A DNA stretch of 56,860 bases from an uncultured Chloroflexia bacterium (GTDB taxonomy: Bacteria > Chloroflexota > Dehalococcoidia > DSTF01 > JALHUB01): assembly GCA_963726245.1 (NCBI GenBank), contig CAVSBT010000007.1:1-56860 (forward strand), written 5' to 3'. Positions within the stretch are counted from its first letter, which is position 1. Every line of letters starts with the position of its first letter. Shown here piece after piece: positions 9,751-18,998 of the stretch. Under the pieces are notes generated by a model. The model had not been told where the DNA came from. It saw nothing but the letters and a program-made list of their open reading frames with translations, and did not search any database. Both the position numbers and the translations under genes were made by a program.

Positions 9751-10563
9751 CTAGAAATCCTGCCAGAGCACCTCATACAGGCGCAGCGGCTCGTCGAAGC
9801 CCTTCAGCCGCCTCCTCCTCGCCTCAGAGAAGACGAAGCCCTTGCCCAGGCAGAGCTCGCGCACAGCGCTGGAGACCAGCACACGGCCTGGCTCGGCGCA
9901 CTTGCAGACGCGCTCCGCCAGGGCGACCGCGGCGCCGAACAGGTCGTCGCGCTCCGTTACCGGCTCGCCGGCGCTCAGGCCGACACGGACCCGGAACGGG
10001 AAGTTGGGGTTCTCCTGGCCATGGGCGATGAACTTCCGCTGGATGGCGATTGCGCATTCCACCGCGTTGGCGACGGACGCGAACGAGGCCATGATGCCGT
10101 CGCCCGTGTGCTTGACCTCGGTGCCGCCCAGCGCCTCCAGGGCCTCGCGGAGGATCGCATCGTGGACGCGCAGGTGGGCCACGTGTTTGGCGTCTCCCAG
10201 ACGCTGGGCAAGCTGTGTGGAGTTCTCGATGTCCGTGAAGAGAATACAGCGGAACGCGCTCTCGACCCACGGCTCGCCCGGCTCCGGCTCGTGGATGCTG
10301 CCCAGGAACTGCGCGACGCTCCTGGGGTCGACCTTGATGATTCGAGCCGGGACCAGCCCGTGCGACTCCCTGTGGACGGCAACCGCCGCCTCCTCGCTGG
10401 GCGCGTCCACGAAGCAGAACGCGGCGCCTTCGGCCGGATCGAACCAGTAGCTGAGATAGTGGACGCCGTACTTCCCCTGCACCTCAAGGTCGTGCATATG
10501 CGCCTGGGCCACGTCCTCGGCGGAGGCCCCTTTGAGCTCGTGGCGGTCCAGGTACATCGGCAT
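9751..10563 (-). CDS. Class III adenylate/guanylate cyclase with N-terminal DUF4242 (SCO4226-like) domain
   Basis: N-terminal YLDRH..AHMHDL..YW..FC..AVHRESHG; cyclase motifs FTDIENST, KHTGDG, RVGLSAGE, DLFG. Confidence 0.85.
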   Translation of the reverse strand: MPMYLDRHELKGASAEDVAQAHMHDLEVQGKYGVHYLSYWFDPAEGAAFCFVDAPSEEAAVAVHRESHGLVPARIIKVDPRSVAQFLGSIHEPEPGEPWVESAFRCILFTDIENSTQLAQRLGDAKHVAHLRVHDAILREALEALGGTEVKHTGDGIMASFASVANAVECAIAIQRKFIAHGQENPNFPFRVRVGLSAGEPVTERDDLFGAAVALAERVCKCAEPGRVLVSSAVRELCLGKGFVFSEARRRRLKGFDEPLRLYEVLWQDF

Positions 10564-10734
10564 GTTCCCACCCCCGACTGGACACCAAAGGATTCTCCAT
10601 TATAGCAGCGAACACAGGGCCGGCAAGGAACTTCGAAGCGCGGCACGCCGGCTACGACAGCAGGTTGCGCAGGGTCATCTCCTCCTTGCGGGTCCCGCGC
10701 CAGGATCACCCCCACGTGGTCCAGCCGCCCAACG

Positions 10735-11485
10735 TCAGCGCTTGAAGAGCCCGACCAATGCAGTCTGGGCGAGGATGTGTCCCTGCATGGCACCCTCCAC
10801 TGCCGCCTTGCTCTCGCCGGGCGGCAGGTTAAGGGGGGCATCAAGCGCGAACAGCCGGAACTGGTAGTGATGCTCCGGCCCCGCCGGTGGGCACGGCCCA
10901 AGATATCCTATCTGGCCGGCGCCATTCTTCCCCTGCGTACCGCCCCCGGCGAGCGTCTCGGTCGCCGGCAGGCCGGCGGGCAGCTCAGTCGTCGGCGCCG
11001 GCAGGTCGTACAGCACCCAGTGGTCGAACGTGCCGCTTGGCGCGTCAGGGTCGTCGACCAGCAGTACGAAGGCGCCGGTGCCCTGCGGTGCCCCGCTCCA
11101 GTGCAGCGGCGGCGAGATGCCGGCGCCGGAGCACGTGTACTCTACGGGGATGGTCGTGTTCTCGCCGAAGGCAGTGCTGGTGAGCGTGAGGCTGCCGGCG
11201 GCCGTCGGAGCAGCGGTCGGGGCTGCCGTCGGAGGGGCCGTCGGAACGGCGGTCGGAGCGGCCGTCGGAACGGCGTGGAGCGAGTGGAGCTGCCGTCGGA
11301 GCGACGGTTGGAGCTGCCGTTGGAGCGGCCGTCGTAACGGCCGTAGGAACGGCGGTGGCGCTTGGCTCGCCGGCCGGTTTCGCGCCGGAGTCGCCGCCGC
11401 AGGCAGCGGTGACCGTGACGACAATGGCCGCCGCGGCGCATAGTCCGATCACGGTTCGGCAGTGGGCATCCGTGATTCTGAGCAT
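10735..11485 (-). CDS. YbhB/YbcL (PEBP/RKIP-like) lipoprotein with PTAA-repeat linker, frameshifted near 11280
   Basis: Lipobox TAAC-GG in 11045..11485; LTSTAF, SPPLHW, DDPDAP, HWVLY, GPCPP in 10735..11424. Confidence 0.85.
11200..11352. repeat. Imperfect 12-bp coding tandem repeat (PTAA/PTAV)
   Basis: Repeated GCCGTCGGAGCG-like units. Confidence 0.75.
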
Positions 11486-11754
11486 CGCATACGCCTCCCG
11501 GTGAGTGGCAGACGCTTGGGCGGGGCCGCATCCTGACGTTCATTATCCCACACTTCGCGTCCTCCAGGAGGGGCGGAGGAACTGAGGCCCATGAGGCGAC
11601 GTTCGAGCGGCCCGACCGAGCATTCCTCTATGTGGCGCCCTTGACGTATCCTTCCTCTAGAGGACATAAGGCGATGATCGGGAGTGGAGTAACAGCAGAT
11701 GCGGTCTGGGCGTTCCACTTTTGACGGCGGCTTCCATAGAACATTGACGAACGT

Positions 11755-13404
11755 GTGAGGTCACGCGTGAAGACAAGCCTGGAGATCGAACAGGGCTTCG
11801 AGAGACTGCCGATAGCTGAGGTTGCCAGTGCGCTCGGGCTCGATCCCGATAGCATCAACCTACACGGCAAGTACATCGCCAAGCTCCCGCTCTCCATCCT
11901 GCCCGAGAGGGCCGGCAAGCCCGACGGGAAGCTCGTCCTCGTGACGGCGATGACCCCCACCAGGATCGGCGAGGGCAAGACCACCGTGGCAATCAGCCTC
12001 GCCGATGCCCTCATGCGTCTCGGTCAGAAGGCCGCGCTCTGCATTCGCGAGCCGTCTCTCGGCCCCTACTTCGGGATGAAGGGAGGCGGCACCGGCGGCG
12101 GCTATGCCCAGGTGACTCCGGCCGAAGACATCAACCTGCACTTCACGGGGGACATGTACAGCGTGTCCAAGGCCAACAACCTTCTGTCCTCCATGATCGA
12201 TAACCACCTCTACTTCGGCAACCACCTTCAGCTCGACTCCCGCCGCGTGACCTGGAAGCGCGTTATCGACCTCAACGACCGTGCCCTGCGCGACATCATC
12301 GTCGGACTCGGCGGCACGGCGAACGGCTTCCCCCGCCGGGACGGGTTCGACATCACGCCGGCCTCCGAAGTGATGACCATCCTCAGCCTCTCCAGAAGCG
12401 CGGCGGACCTCCACGAGCGGCTGAAGCGCATCATCGTCGGCTACACCTTTGAGGGAGAGCCCGTGACCTGCGCCCAGATCAAGTCGGACGCGGCGATGGT
12501 CATCCTCCTGCGCGATGCCATTCAGCCGAACCTGGTCCAGACCCTTGAGCACACGCCCGCCATCATCCACGGCGGCGCCTTCGCCAACATCGCCCACGGC
12601 TGCAACACCCTCTTCGCCACCAGCATGGCGCTCAAGCTGGCCGACTACACGGTCACCGAGGCCGGCTTCGGCTCCGACCTCGGCGCCGAGAAGTTCTTCG
12701 ACATCAAGTGCCGCGCCGCCGGCCTCAAGCCCAGCGCAGCCGTCGTGGTCGCCACCGTGCGCGCGCTCAAGCACCACGGCGATGGGTCGCTCGAAGACGG
12801 CTTCGCCAACCTGGCCAGGCACATCGAGAACGTCCGTTGCTTCGGAATCTCACCCGTCGTTGCCATCAATCGCTTCGCGGAGGACACAGATGAGGAGCTG
12901 GAGAGCGTCCGTGACAAGTGTGAGACAGCCGGCGTCCCCTACGCCGTCTGCGACGGCTTCGATCGGGGCGGCGCCGGCGCCGAGGATCTCGCCCGCGCCG
13001 TGATGAAGGTCGCGCGCGACGGCTCCTCGTCCCTGCGATTCCTCTACCCGCTCGACCTCCCGGTCACGAAGAAGATGGAGGCGATAGCGACCAGCATGTA
13101 CGGCGCGTCGGGCGTGACATATGACCGTAGGGCGCTCGCCAGCATCGAGCAAATCGAGAAACTCGGCTTCGGCAACCTCCCAATCTGTGTCGCCAAGACA
13201 CAGGCGTCCCTCTCCGACAAGGCGGAGCTGCGCGGCGTCCCCAAGGACTTCACCGTCAACGTGAACGAGGTCAGACTGTGCGCCGGGGCGGGCCTCATCA
13301 TCATGCGCTGCGGCGACATCGTAACCATGCCTGGTCTTCCGCGCGTCTCGGCCGCGGAGCTGATGCAGGTCGATTCCTCAGGCCAGACCACCACTCTCGC
13401 CTAG
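11755..13404 (+). CDS. fhs: Formate--tetrahydrofolate ligase
   Basis: TPTRIGEGKTT, REPSLGP, KGGGTGGGYAQV, INLHFTGD, FANIAHGCN, TEAGFGSDLGAEKF, MPGLP. Confidence 0.97.
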   Translation: MRSRVKTSLEIEQGFERLPIAEVASALGLDPDSINLHGKYIAKLPLSILPERAGKPDGKLVLVTAMTPTRIGEGKTTVAISLADALMRLGQKAALCIREPSLGPYFGMKGGGTGGGYAQVTPAEDINLHFTGDMYSVSKANNLLSSMIDNHLYFGNHLQLDSRRVTWKRVIDLNDRALRDIIVGLGGTANGFPRRDGFDITPASEVMTILSLSRSAADLHERLKRIIVGYTFEGEPVTCAQIKSDAAMVILLRDAIQPNLVQTLEHTPAIIHGGAFANIAHGCNTLFATSMALKLADYTVTEAGFGSDLGAEKFFDIKCRAAGLKPSAAVVVATVRALKHHGDGSLEDGFANLARHIENVRCFGISPVVAINRFAEDTDEELESVRDKCETAGVPYAVCDGFDRGGAGAEDLARAVMKVARDGSSSLRFLYPLDLPVTKKMEAIATSMYGASGVTYDRRALASIEQIEKLGFGNLPICVAKTQASLSDKAELRGVPKDFTVNVNEVRLCAGAGLIIMRCGDIVTMPGLPRVSAAELMQVDSSGQTTTLA

Positions 13405-13508
13405 CTTCCGGCCGGCTCGCTGGATGGGGCTGGGAAGCCGCCCGCTGCCGCCAGCGCTGGCCGGTGTGGGCGCGCCCCAGCCTCGGCCTTGGCCGCGACC
13501 CCGCCCGT

Positions 13509-14837
13509 GTGCAAAACGTGGTGGTGACGGACAACTTCGGCGCCGAGATGGACGGCCAGCCCCTGAACGACGTGCCGGTAGACGTGCAGGTAATCACTCA
13601 CTCCAGGGGCGGGTTCCACAAGGACAACTTCGAGACTCAGGTGCGGATCACCTGGTGCGTCACCGGCGACCTCGTAGGCGGCGAGTGTGTGGACGGCGGG
13701 CCGCTGCTCCCGGGCGAGAGCGCCTTCCTGGATATGCTCGTTTGGACGAAGCTGAACCCAGCCGGGCACCAGGAGTACACGTGCCCCGGAACCTACCAGA
13801 TGAACTCCGGCGCCACCGCCAAGTGGAAGGATCAGAACGGCGTGCAGTGCGCTCCTCTTGCCGAGTGCCCGAGCACCCCACCTGTCGATGTCACCGCCTC
13901 CAAGCCGGGCGCCGGGACGACAACGCCTACCGCCACCGGTACGGGCACCCCGGCCGGCACTCGGACGGCGACACCCACGGCCACGCCGTCGCCCACAGCT
14001 ACCAAGAAGGCCAAGGGCACGCCAACCCGCACCCCCACTTCGACGCGCAGGCCAACCAGGACACCAACCAGGACCCCAACGAAGACGCCTACCACGACGC
14101 CGACTGCGACCCCCACCAGTACGTCGACGCCCACTGCCGCCGCGAGTCCAGGCACACTCCTCCTCAATGAGGTCCTGACCCGCGGGACGGAGCGCTGGGG
14201 CTACCTCCTGCAGTCTGTGGAGCTGAAGAACGTTACCGGCGGTCCCATCCCGCTGGACGGCTGGTCCCTCAAGGACGAGGACGACACGTGGTCCGTGAAA
14301 TCGAATGCGAGCGTGGCTCCCGGCGGCTACGCGCTGCTGGTGCTGAACGGCTGGCCCCCGTCCGTTCCCGACGGCGTGCCGGTCCTGGTGCTCACGAACT
14401 GGAGAAAGGCGCTGGACCCGACGGGCGGACGGCTCAATCTGTTAGATCCGAAGGGCGTCACCGTCGACCAGATCTCCTGGGGCGATGACACCTCCGTCTT
14501 CAACCCGGCTCTTCTGCCGCCACCCTGGGGCCAGAGCCTGTCGCGCCTGCCCGACGGCACGGACACCGACTCGGCGGCCGACTTCGTGGCGCAGGACCCT
14601 TCGCCGGGCCTGTCCAACGACGACGACCCCTCGCCACTAGCAGCGCCCACCGAGACGCCGGCTGAGGAGGATGCGGCCACGGCCACCCCGAGTCCTACCG
14701 AGACAGCGGCGCCCACCGAGGCGCCCACGGCAACCCCAACGCCGCCGCCAGCAGACACGCCAACACCGACGCCAACCGACACACCATCGCCCATGCCCAC
14801 GCCGACGGCGGCGGACCCGCCGCCCGCCGGCCCCTGA
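13509..14837 (+). CDS. Extracellular-type protein with Cys-containing beta domain, Pro/Thr linkers and lamin-tail domain; 5' end unclear or truncated
   Basis: LLLNEV..VELKN..IPLDGWSLKD..VAPGGYAL..VDQISWG..SLSRLPDGTDTD..PSPG (LTD pattern); PT repeats; no signal peptide seen; start uncertain. Confidence 0.65.
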   Translation: MQNVVVTDNFGAEMDGQPLNDVPVDVQVITHSRGGFHKDNFETQVRITWCVTGDLVGGECVDGGPLLPGESAFLDMLVWTKLNPAGHQEYTCPGTYQMNSGATAKWKDQNGVQCAPLAECPSTPPVDVTASKPGAGTTTPTATGTGTPAGTRTATPTATPSPTATKKAKGTPTRTPTSTRRPTRTPTRTPTKTPTTTPTATPTSTSTPTAAASPGTLLLNEVLTRGTERWGYLLQSVELKNVTGGPIPLDGWSLKDEDDTWSVKSNASVAPGGYALLVLNGWPPSVPDGVPVLVLTNWRKALDPTGGRLNLLDPKGVTVDQISWGDDTSVFNPALLPPPWGQSLSRLPDGTDTDSAADFVAQDPSPGLSNDDDPSPLAAPTETPAEEDAATATPSPTETAAPTEAPTATPTPPPADTPTPTPTDTPSPMPTPTAADPPPAGP

Positions 14838-14985
14838 AGGAGGTGATGAGCCAGCCGGAAAAGCCGCTAGCCTGTTAGCCCACTCTGGCCTTGAGTCCTC
14901 AACCGCACCCCCGGGGGAGGCGGGGGTAGGAGATCGGGCCTGTGGATACTGATCATCTAGGCCCTATAACAGGAGGTAAAGGAAA

Positions 14986-15625
14986 ATGAGAAAGCTGATC
15001 CTCCTCGTGACCACCATGGCGCTGGTGGCGGTGGGCGCCGCGAGCTTCGCGGCCTTCGAGTCCCACCTCATCGACGTCAAGGCGCACGTGGAGAAGGCAA
15101 CCTACGTCTCGCCGAGCGAAGTCGACTTCGGGACAACCCTGATGCAGGCTTCGTACGACAAAGACAATGGTGATCCACCTGAGCGCGTCCTTCCTGACGC
15201 AAACAACCTTCACGAACGCCGAGTACAGCATCTACTCCGACGAGAAGCCTCAGAGCGAGTTGGCGCACGACGGGAACATCACCCCGTTCATCGTGCTGAC
15301 CGATGCCGCTGGCGTGGCCCACAAAGGCTGCGGCGGAGTCGGGCTCGGCGCAAACAACCCGCCGGTGCTGTGGGCGGGCGGCAACGCGCTGGTTAAGGGC
15401 GTGGGCGACAACACCGCCACGTGGAGTCTGAAGTTCTACGCGCCGGTCTGCAACGCCAACTACAACCCGGACACCGACCCGATCGACCCTACGACCCGGC
15501 CCGTGCCGCTGACCATCGCGCAGAGGTTCTGTCACCCCGGTCCCGGGGGCGACAGCGACGAGTACACAGACCTGGCGAGCAACATCAAGTTCCAGATCAC
15601 CGGCTTCAGCACAGGCGGCACGTAA
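14986..15625 (+). CDS. Secreted protein with SipW-type signal peptide (TasA/camelysin-like), frameshifted near 15165
   Basis: MRK + hydrophobic stretch + GAASFA-AFES; strong SD AGGAGG; frames 14986..15396 and 15167..15625 join. Confidence 0.65.
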
Positions 15626-15641
15626 ACCGCGAAGGTTTGAA

Positions 15642-15715
15642 GGCCCGGCGCCTCCTCCCGGCGCCGGGCCCCCATCCCGAGGTCGCACCGTTCGCCAGGG
15701 AGGGATGCGACCTCA
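15642..15715 (+). terminator. Two GC-rich stem-loops after the TasA-like gene (terminator or mRNA stabiliser)
   Basis: GGCCCGGCGCC-N7-GGCGCCGGGCC and GAGGTCGCA...TGCGACCTC; no U-tract. Confidence 0.4.
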
Positions 15716-15860
15716 ATGGAAAGCGTAGCCCATCCCGGGGGTGTTGACAACAACACCCTCGGGGACGGCAAGAGAGTCGTGTCTCCCAGCCCGCGGCCCA
15801 GGTGGGGAGGCCTGGGGCTCGGGCTCAGGGACACGACCGGCAGCACTGGAGGGGGTGACC

Positions 15861-16448
15861 ATGGCGACCAGGGCCCGCGTACAGAGGAAACGACTGCTCA
15901 AGAAGACCCTGCCCCCCGGGGCAGCCCACGCCGGGGGCGAAGCCCCGGCCCCTGAGGCTATTGCCGGCGCGCGCCAGCGGGCCACTATCGGGCGGCTCGC
16001 GGCGGCGTTAAGGCGCCGGCTCACCGGTTGGCGGCTGTCGCGGTGGCAGTTGCTGGTTGGGGGGGCCGCGTTCCTCGCCGTCCTGCTCTGGCTGGCGGTG
16101 GCCGCCAGCTCCATCACCACCTACAGCTCCACGGTCCTCTTCACCGAGGGCGGGGGCATCGGGATCCCACCGCCCTTTGAGAACCTGGACTTCGGCGACG
16201 TGGACCGCGGCATGCCGATGCACCGGGACGTCATCCTGGAGAACAACGGCAAGCTGGACAGCTACGTCATGGTCTTCACGTGGGGCGGCATCCGCGACTT
16301 CCTGAGCGTCGATGACGCCTTCTTCAATATAGCGCCGGGCCAGCAGCACACCGTGGACTTCTCGGTCGGGGCACCGGCCAACGCCAATCTCAAACGCTAC
16401 TCGGGCCGCGTCTTCGTGCTGCGCCTGCCCTGGTGGTGGCCGTTCTAG
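15861..16448 (+). CDS. Membrane-anchored protein with C-terminal beta-sandwich-like domain
   Basis: SD GGAGGGGG before ATG 15861; basic N-terminus, one TM, LDFGDV..ILENNG..NIAPGQQHTVDF pattern. Confidence 0.6.
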   Translation: MATRARVQRKRLLKKTLPPGAAHAGGEAPAPEAIAGARQRATIGRLAAALRRRLTGWRLSRWQLLVGGAAFLAVLLWLAVAASSITTYSSTVLFTEGGGIGIPPPFENLDFGDVDRGMPMHRDVILENNGKLDSYVMVFTWGGIRDFLSVDDAFFNIAPGQQHTVDFSVGAPANANLKRYSGRVFVLRLPWWWPF

Positions 16449-16923
16449 CCATGGAACAGTTCCTCATTGCTCTCTGGCTGCTCTGTGGGGTGCTGGTCTT
16501 CCTGCCGGTGGGGGCGGCGCTCCGCTTCGCGCGTCGGGGGCTCGCTGTCGCGCCTCCCTTCGCCGGGGACCGGGACGTGATCCTGCCCGCTTCCGAGGAG
16601 CCAGCCCCGCCGGCCGCTACAGCCCTCCCGCCGGCAAGAGCGGCGCCCCTCGTTGGGAGCCGTTCTGCTGTTCATCGTGCGCCTGCCCTGGTGGTGGCCG
16701 TTCTAGCCATGGAACACCTTCTCATCGCTTTCTGGCTGTTCTGTGAGGCGCTGGTCTTCCTCCCGGTGGGGACGGCGGTCCGCTTCGCGCGAAGGGGGCT
16801 CGCTGTGCAGCCTCCCTTCGCCGGGGACAGGGACGTGATCCTGCCTGCTGCCGAGGACCTGGCCCCGCCGGCCGCTACAGCCCTCCCGCCGGCAAAAGCG
16901 GCGCCCCTCGTTGGGAGCCGTTT
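16420..16923 (+). repeat. Diverged 258-bp direct tandem duplication
   Basis: Copies at about 16420-16665 and 16678-16923; ATGGAACA at 16451 and 16709. Confidence 0.9.
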
Positions 16924-17408
16924 CTGCCCGGTTCCTCTTGATGCTGGCCCTCTACGTCGCCTTCGTTTCGGGCGCCGTCTACTACACGCCCAAGTTCCTC
17001 TCCCACGCCCTCAACACGCCGTACCCCATGGCCGACGTCACATCCTCCTCCATGTGGCCCACTCTCAAGAAAGGGGACCTGGTCCTCCTCAAGGGAGTCG
17101 ACGGCCCGGAAGACGTACATGTGGGGGACATCATAGCCTTCAGACACGAGTCAGGATTCGCGATACACCGGGTAGTAAGCATTGAGGGGACGCAGATCAC
17201 CACTCAGGGCGACGCCAACGACATCAAGGACCCACCCATCGGCATCGATGCCGTGGTCAGGCGCGTGGCCAGGGTCATGGGGCACATCGTCAAAGTCCCC
17301 TACCTGGGCAACATTCCGCTGCTGATGCACCGGACAGCCGAGACGCCGCCGCCCGCGCCGCCGACGTTTGAGGGCCAGGAGGGAGTGGGGGTGCCAGGGG
17401 GCCAGTAG
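16911..17408 (+). CDS. sipW: Signal peptidase I, SipW/archaeal-ER type (S26B); true start uncertain
   Basis: TM, then VTSSSMWPTLKKGDLV, GDIIAF, IHRVV (Ser-His type), TQGDAN..DP, VPYLG. Confidence 0.8.
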   Translation: MGAVSARFLLMLALYVAFVSGAVYYTPKFLSHALNTPYPMADVTSSSMWPTLKKGDLVLLKGVDGPEDVHVGDIIAFRHESGFAIHRVVSIEGTQITTQGDANDIKDPPIGIDAVVRRVARVMGHIVKVPYLGNIPLLMHRTAETPPPAPPTFEGQEGVGVPGGQ

Positions 17409-17499
17409 CACCGGGCAATGGAAGGGACTGCCCATCACGCCCTGAGAGTCGCTCCTACGGGGCGAATCAAGGGCAATCGCAACGCGCCGGTAGGCACGC

Positions 17500-17790
17500 G
17501 GGGCCGTCACGGGGCGAGCGAGGCGGCCCCGCCCGCGCCTGCCTGGCGACAGGCAGGAGAGCGGTCACCGCCTTGCCATGACCCTCGTGGCGGCCCCACC
17601 AGCATTATCGGCCGCCGTCAGGGTCTCAGAAGAGCGCGTTACTCGGAGCAGGAGTAACCGGGGAGTAATTTCCTAGTTCTGGAAGCTCTTGCCAGTCGCG
17701 GTCATGTGGAGCCGTCACGGGGCGAGCGAGATTACCCGCCACCCGCGATCCTCACCTTGCTACGACCCCCGTAGCGGCCCCCCAGCGGCT
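17500..17790. repeat. Two related structured intergenic elements
   Basis: GCCGTCACGGGGCGAGCGAG...CCTTGC..GACCC.CGT.GCGGCCCC at 17500-17603 and 17711-17786. Confidence 0.65.
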
Positions 17791-18885
17791 ACTGGTCTTT
17801 TACCGCCTGTACGATCGGCTTGAGGAAGGCGTTGTCGTCCCACGCGTCGCCGTCTCCCTGGCCGATGCGCACGGCAACGATATCGAGGCTGGGGATGACG
17901 TAGGTGCGTTTCGTCTGAAAGCCGTCCGCCATGAACAGGTCCTTGGGCACGTCCGGGAGGTCCTGAAGCCACCAGTAGAAGCCGTAAGACAGGTTCTCTG
18001 ACTGCGATGGTTGAACCGATTCCTTGACCCAGTCCGCCGGCACAACCTGCTGGTCGTTCCAGCGACCGTTTCTAAGGAACAGGTAGCCGAAGCGGGCGAA
18101 GTTGCGGGCTGTGGTCATGACGCAGCAGTAGGTCAACGTGTGGCCTGTCTTGTCGGTCAGCCACGTGGCCCCCGTCATGCCGATCGGCCCGAAAAGCTTC
18201 TCCTGGGCGTACTGGCCGGCCTCCATGCCCGTCGCCGCCTTGATGACGGCGAAGACCAGTTGCGTGTCGCCGCTGGAGTAGTACCAGTCGGTCCCCGGGT
18301 CGTGGAGGCGAGGACGGCTGATGGCGTAGGCCATCTGGTCGGGCGAGGTGATCATGTTGATCACATCGCTCACCTCTTCGTAGTCTTCATCCCACAGCAG
18401 GCCCGACGTCATCGACAGCAGGTTGCGGACGGTTATCTCCTCCTTGCGCGTTCCACGCCACTCGGGGATGAAGTCGGCCACGCTCTCATCGACGCTCTTG
18501 ATCTTCCCTTCGCTGATGGCGATGCCAACGAGGGCGTCTGTCATGCTCTTTGCCATCGACCAGCTATTGTCGGTCGAGTTCTCGTCCCAGCCGCCCCAGT
18601 AGCGCTCCCAGACGATGCGGCCGTGCCGGGTAACCACGACGGCCCCGCACTTGTGCTGGTCGCAGTAGGCGCCCACTTCTTCCAACCGCGTGGCGTCCAT
18701 GTCCTCGCGCTCCGGCGTCGACACCACCCAGTCGTCGCCCGGCCAGACGGCGGCCAGCGGCCTGCGGCGGGGATGGCTTTCGGCGGGGGCTTTGCCCTCG
18801 CTGTCCGCCGCCGCAGCTCATCAAGAGGAGGAGGGATGCGGCGAACAGGAAGGGAAGCACGACTCCACTTCTTACCTGGGGACAT
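17789..18885 (-). CDS. Serine hydrolase (class C beta-lactamase/NylB-like) lipoprotein; N-terminus frameshifted
   Basis: SMAKS (SxxK), LLSMTSGL, YYSSG, YGFYWW; lipobox LMSC-GG in another frame; WPGDDW precedes the ORF. Confidence 0.8.
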
Positions 18886-18998
18886 GTGGCTCCTCCTCAA
18901 CACTCAGGACACGCGACCGCCACTCGAGGCTCCTTCTTGCGGCGAGCATAGTCGAGGCGTGAAAGAGGGTCAACGGCGGTTCTCGCGCCGGAGGGCCG

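Noticed and set aside
9394-10605. Long opposite-strand or alternate-frame ORFs (also 3011..4123, 25971..27263, 43080..44240, 50599..52050)
   Set aside because: Shadow ORFs expected in high-GC DNA; they overlap well-supported genes and have no motifs.
11200-11352. Short repeats as a CRISPR array
   Set aside because: Coding 12-bp repeats without unique spacers; no cas genes.
11540-11755. THF or ZTP riboswitch upstream of fhs
   Set aside because: Only a weak hairpin; the conserved aptamer elements could not be matched by eye. An Rfam scan would settle it.
14838-14880. Mini-ORF MSQPEKPLAC after AAGGAGGTG
   Set aside because: SD abuts the ATG with no spacing; no other support.
17789-18727. Antibiotic-resistance beta-lactamase
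   Set aside because: SxxK hydrolase lacking the KTG motif; more like an esterase or amidase.
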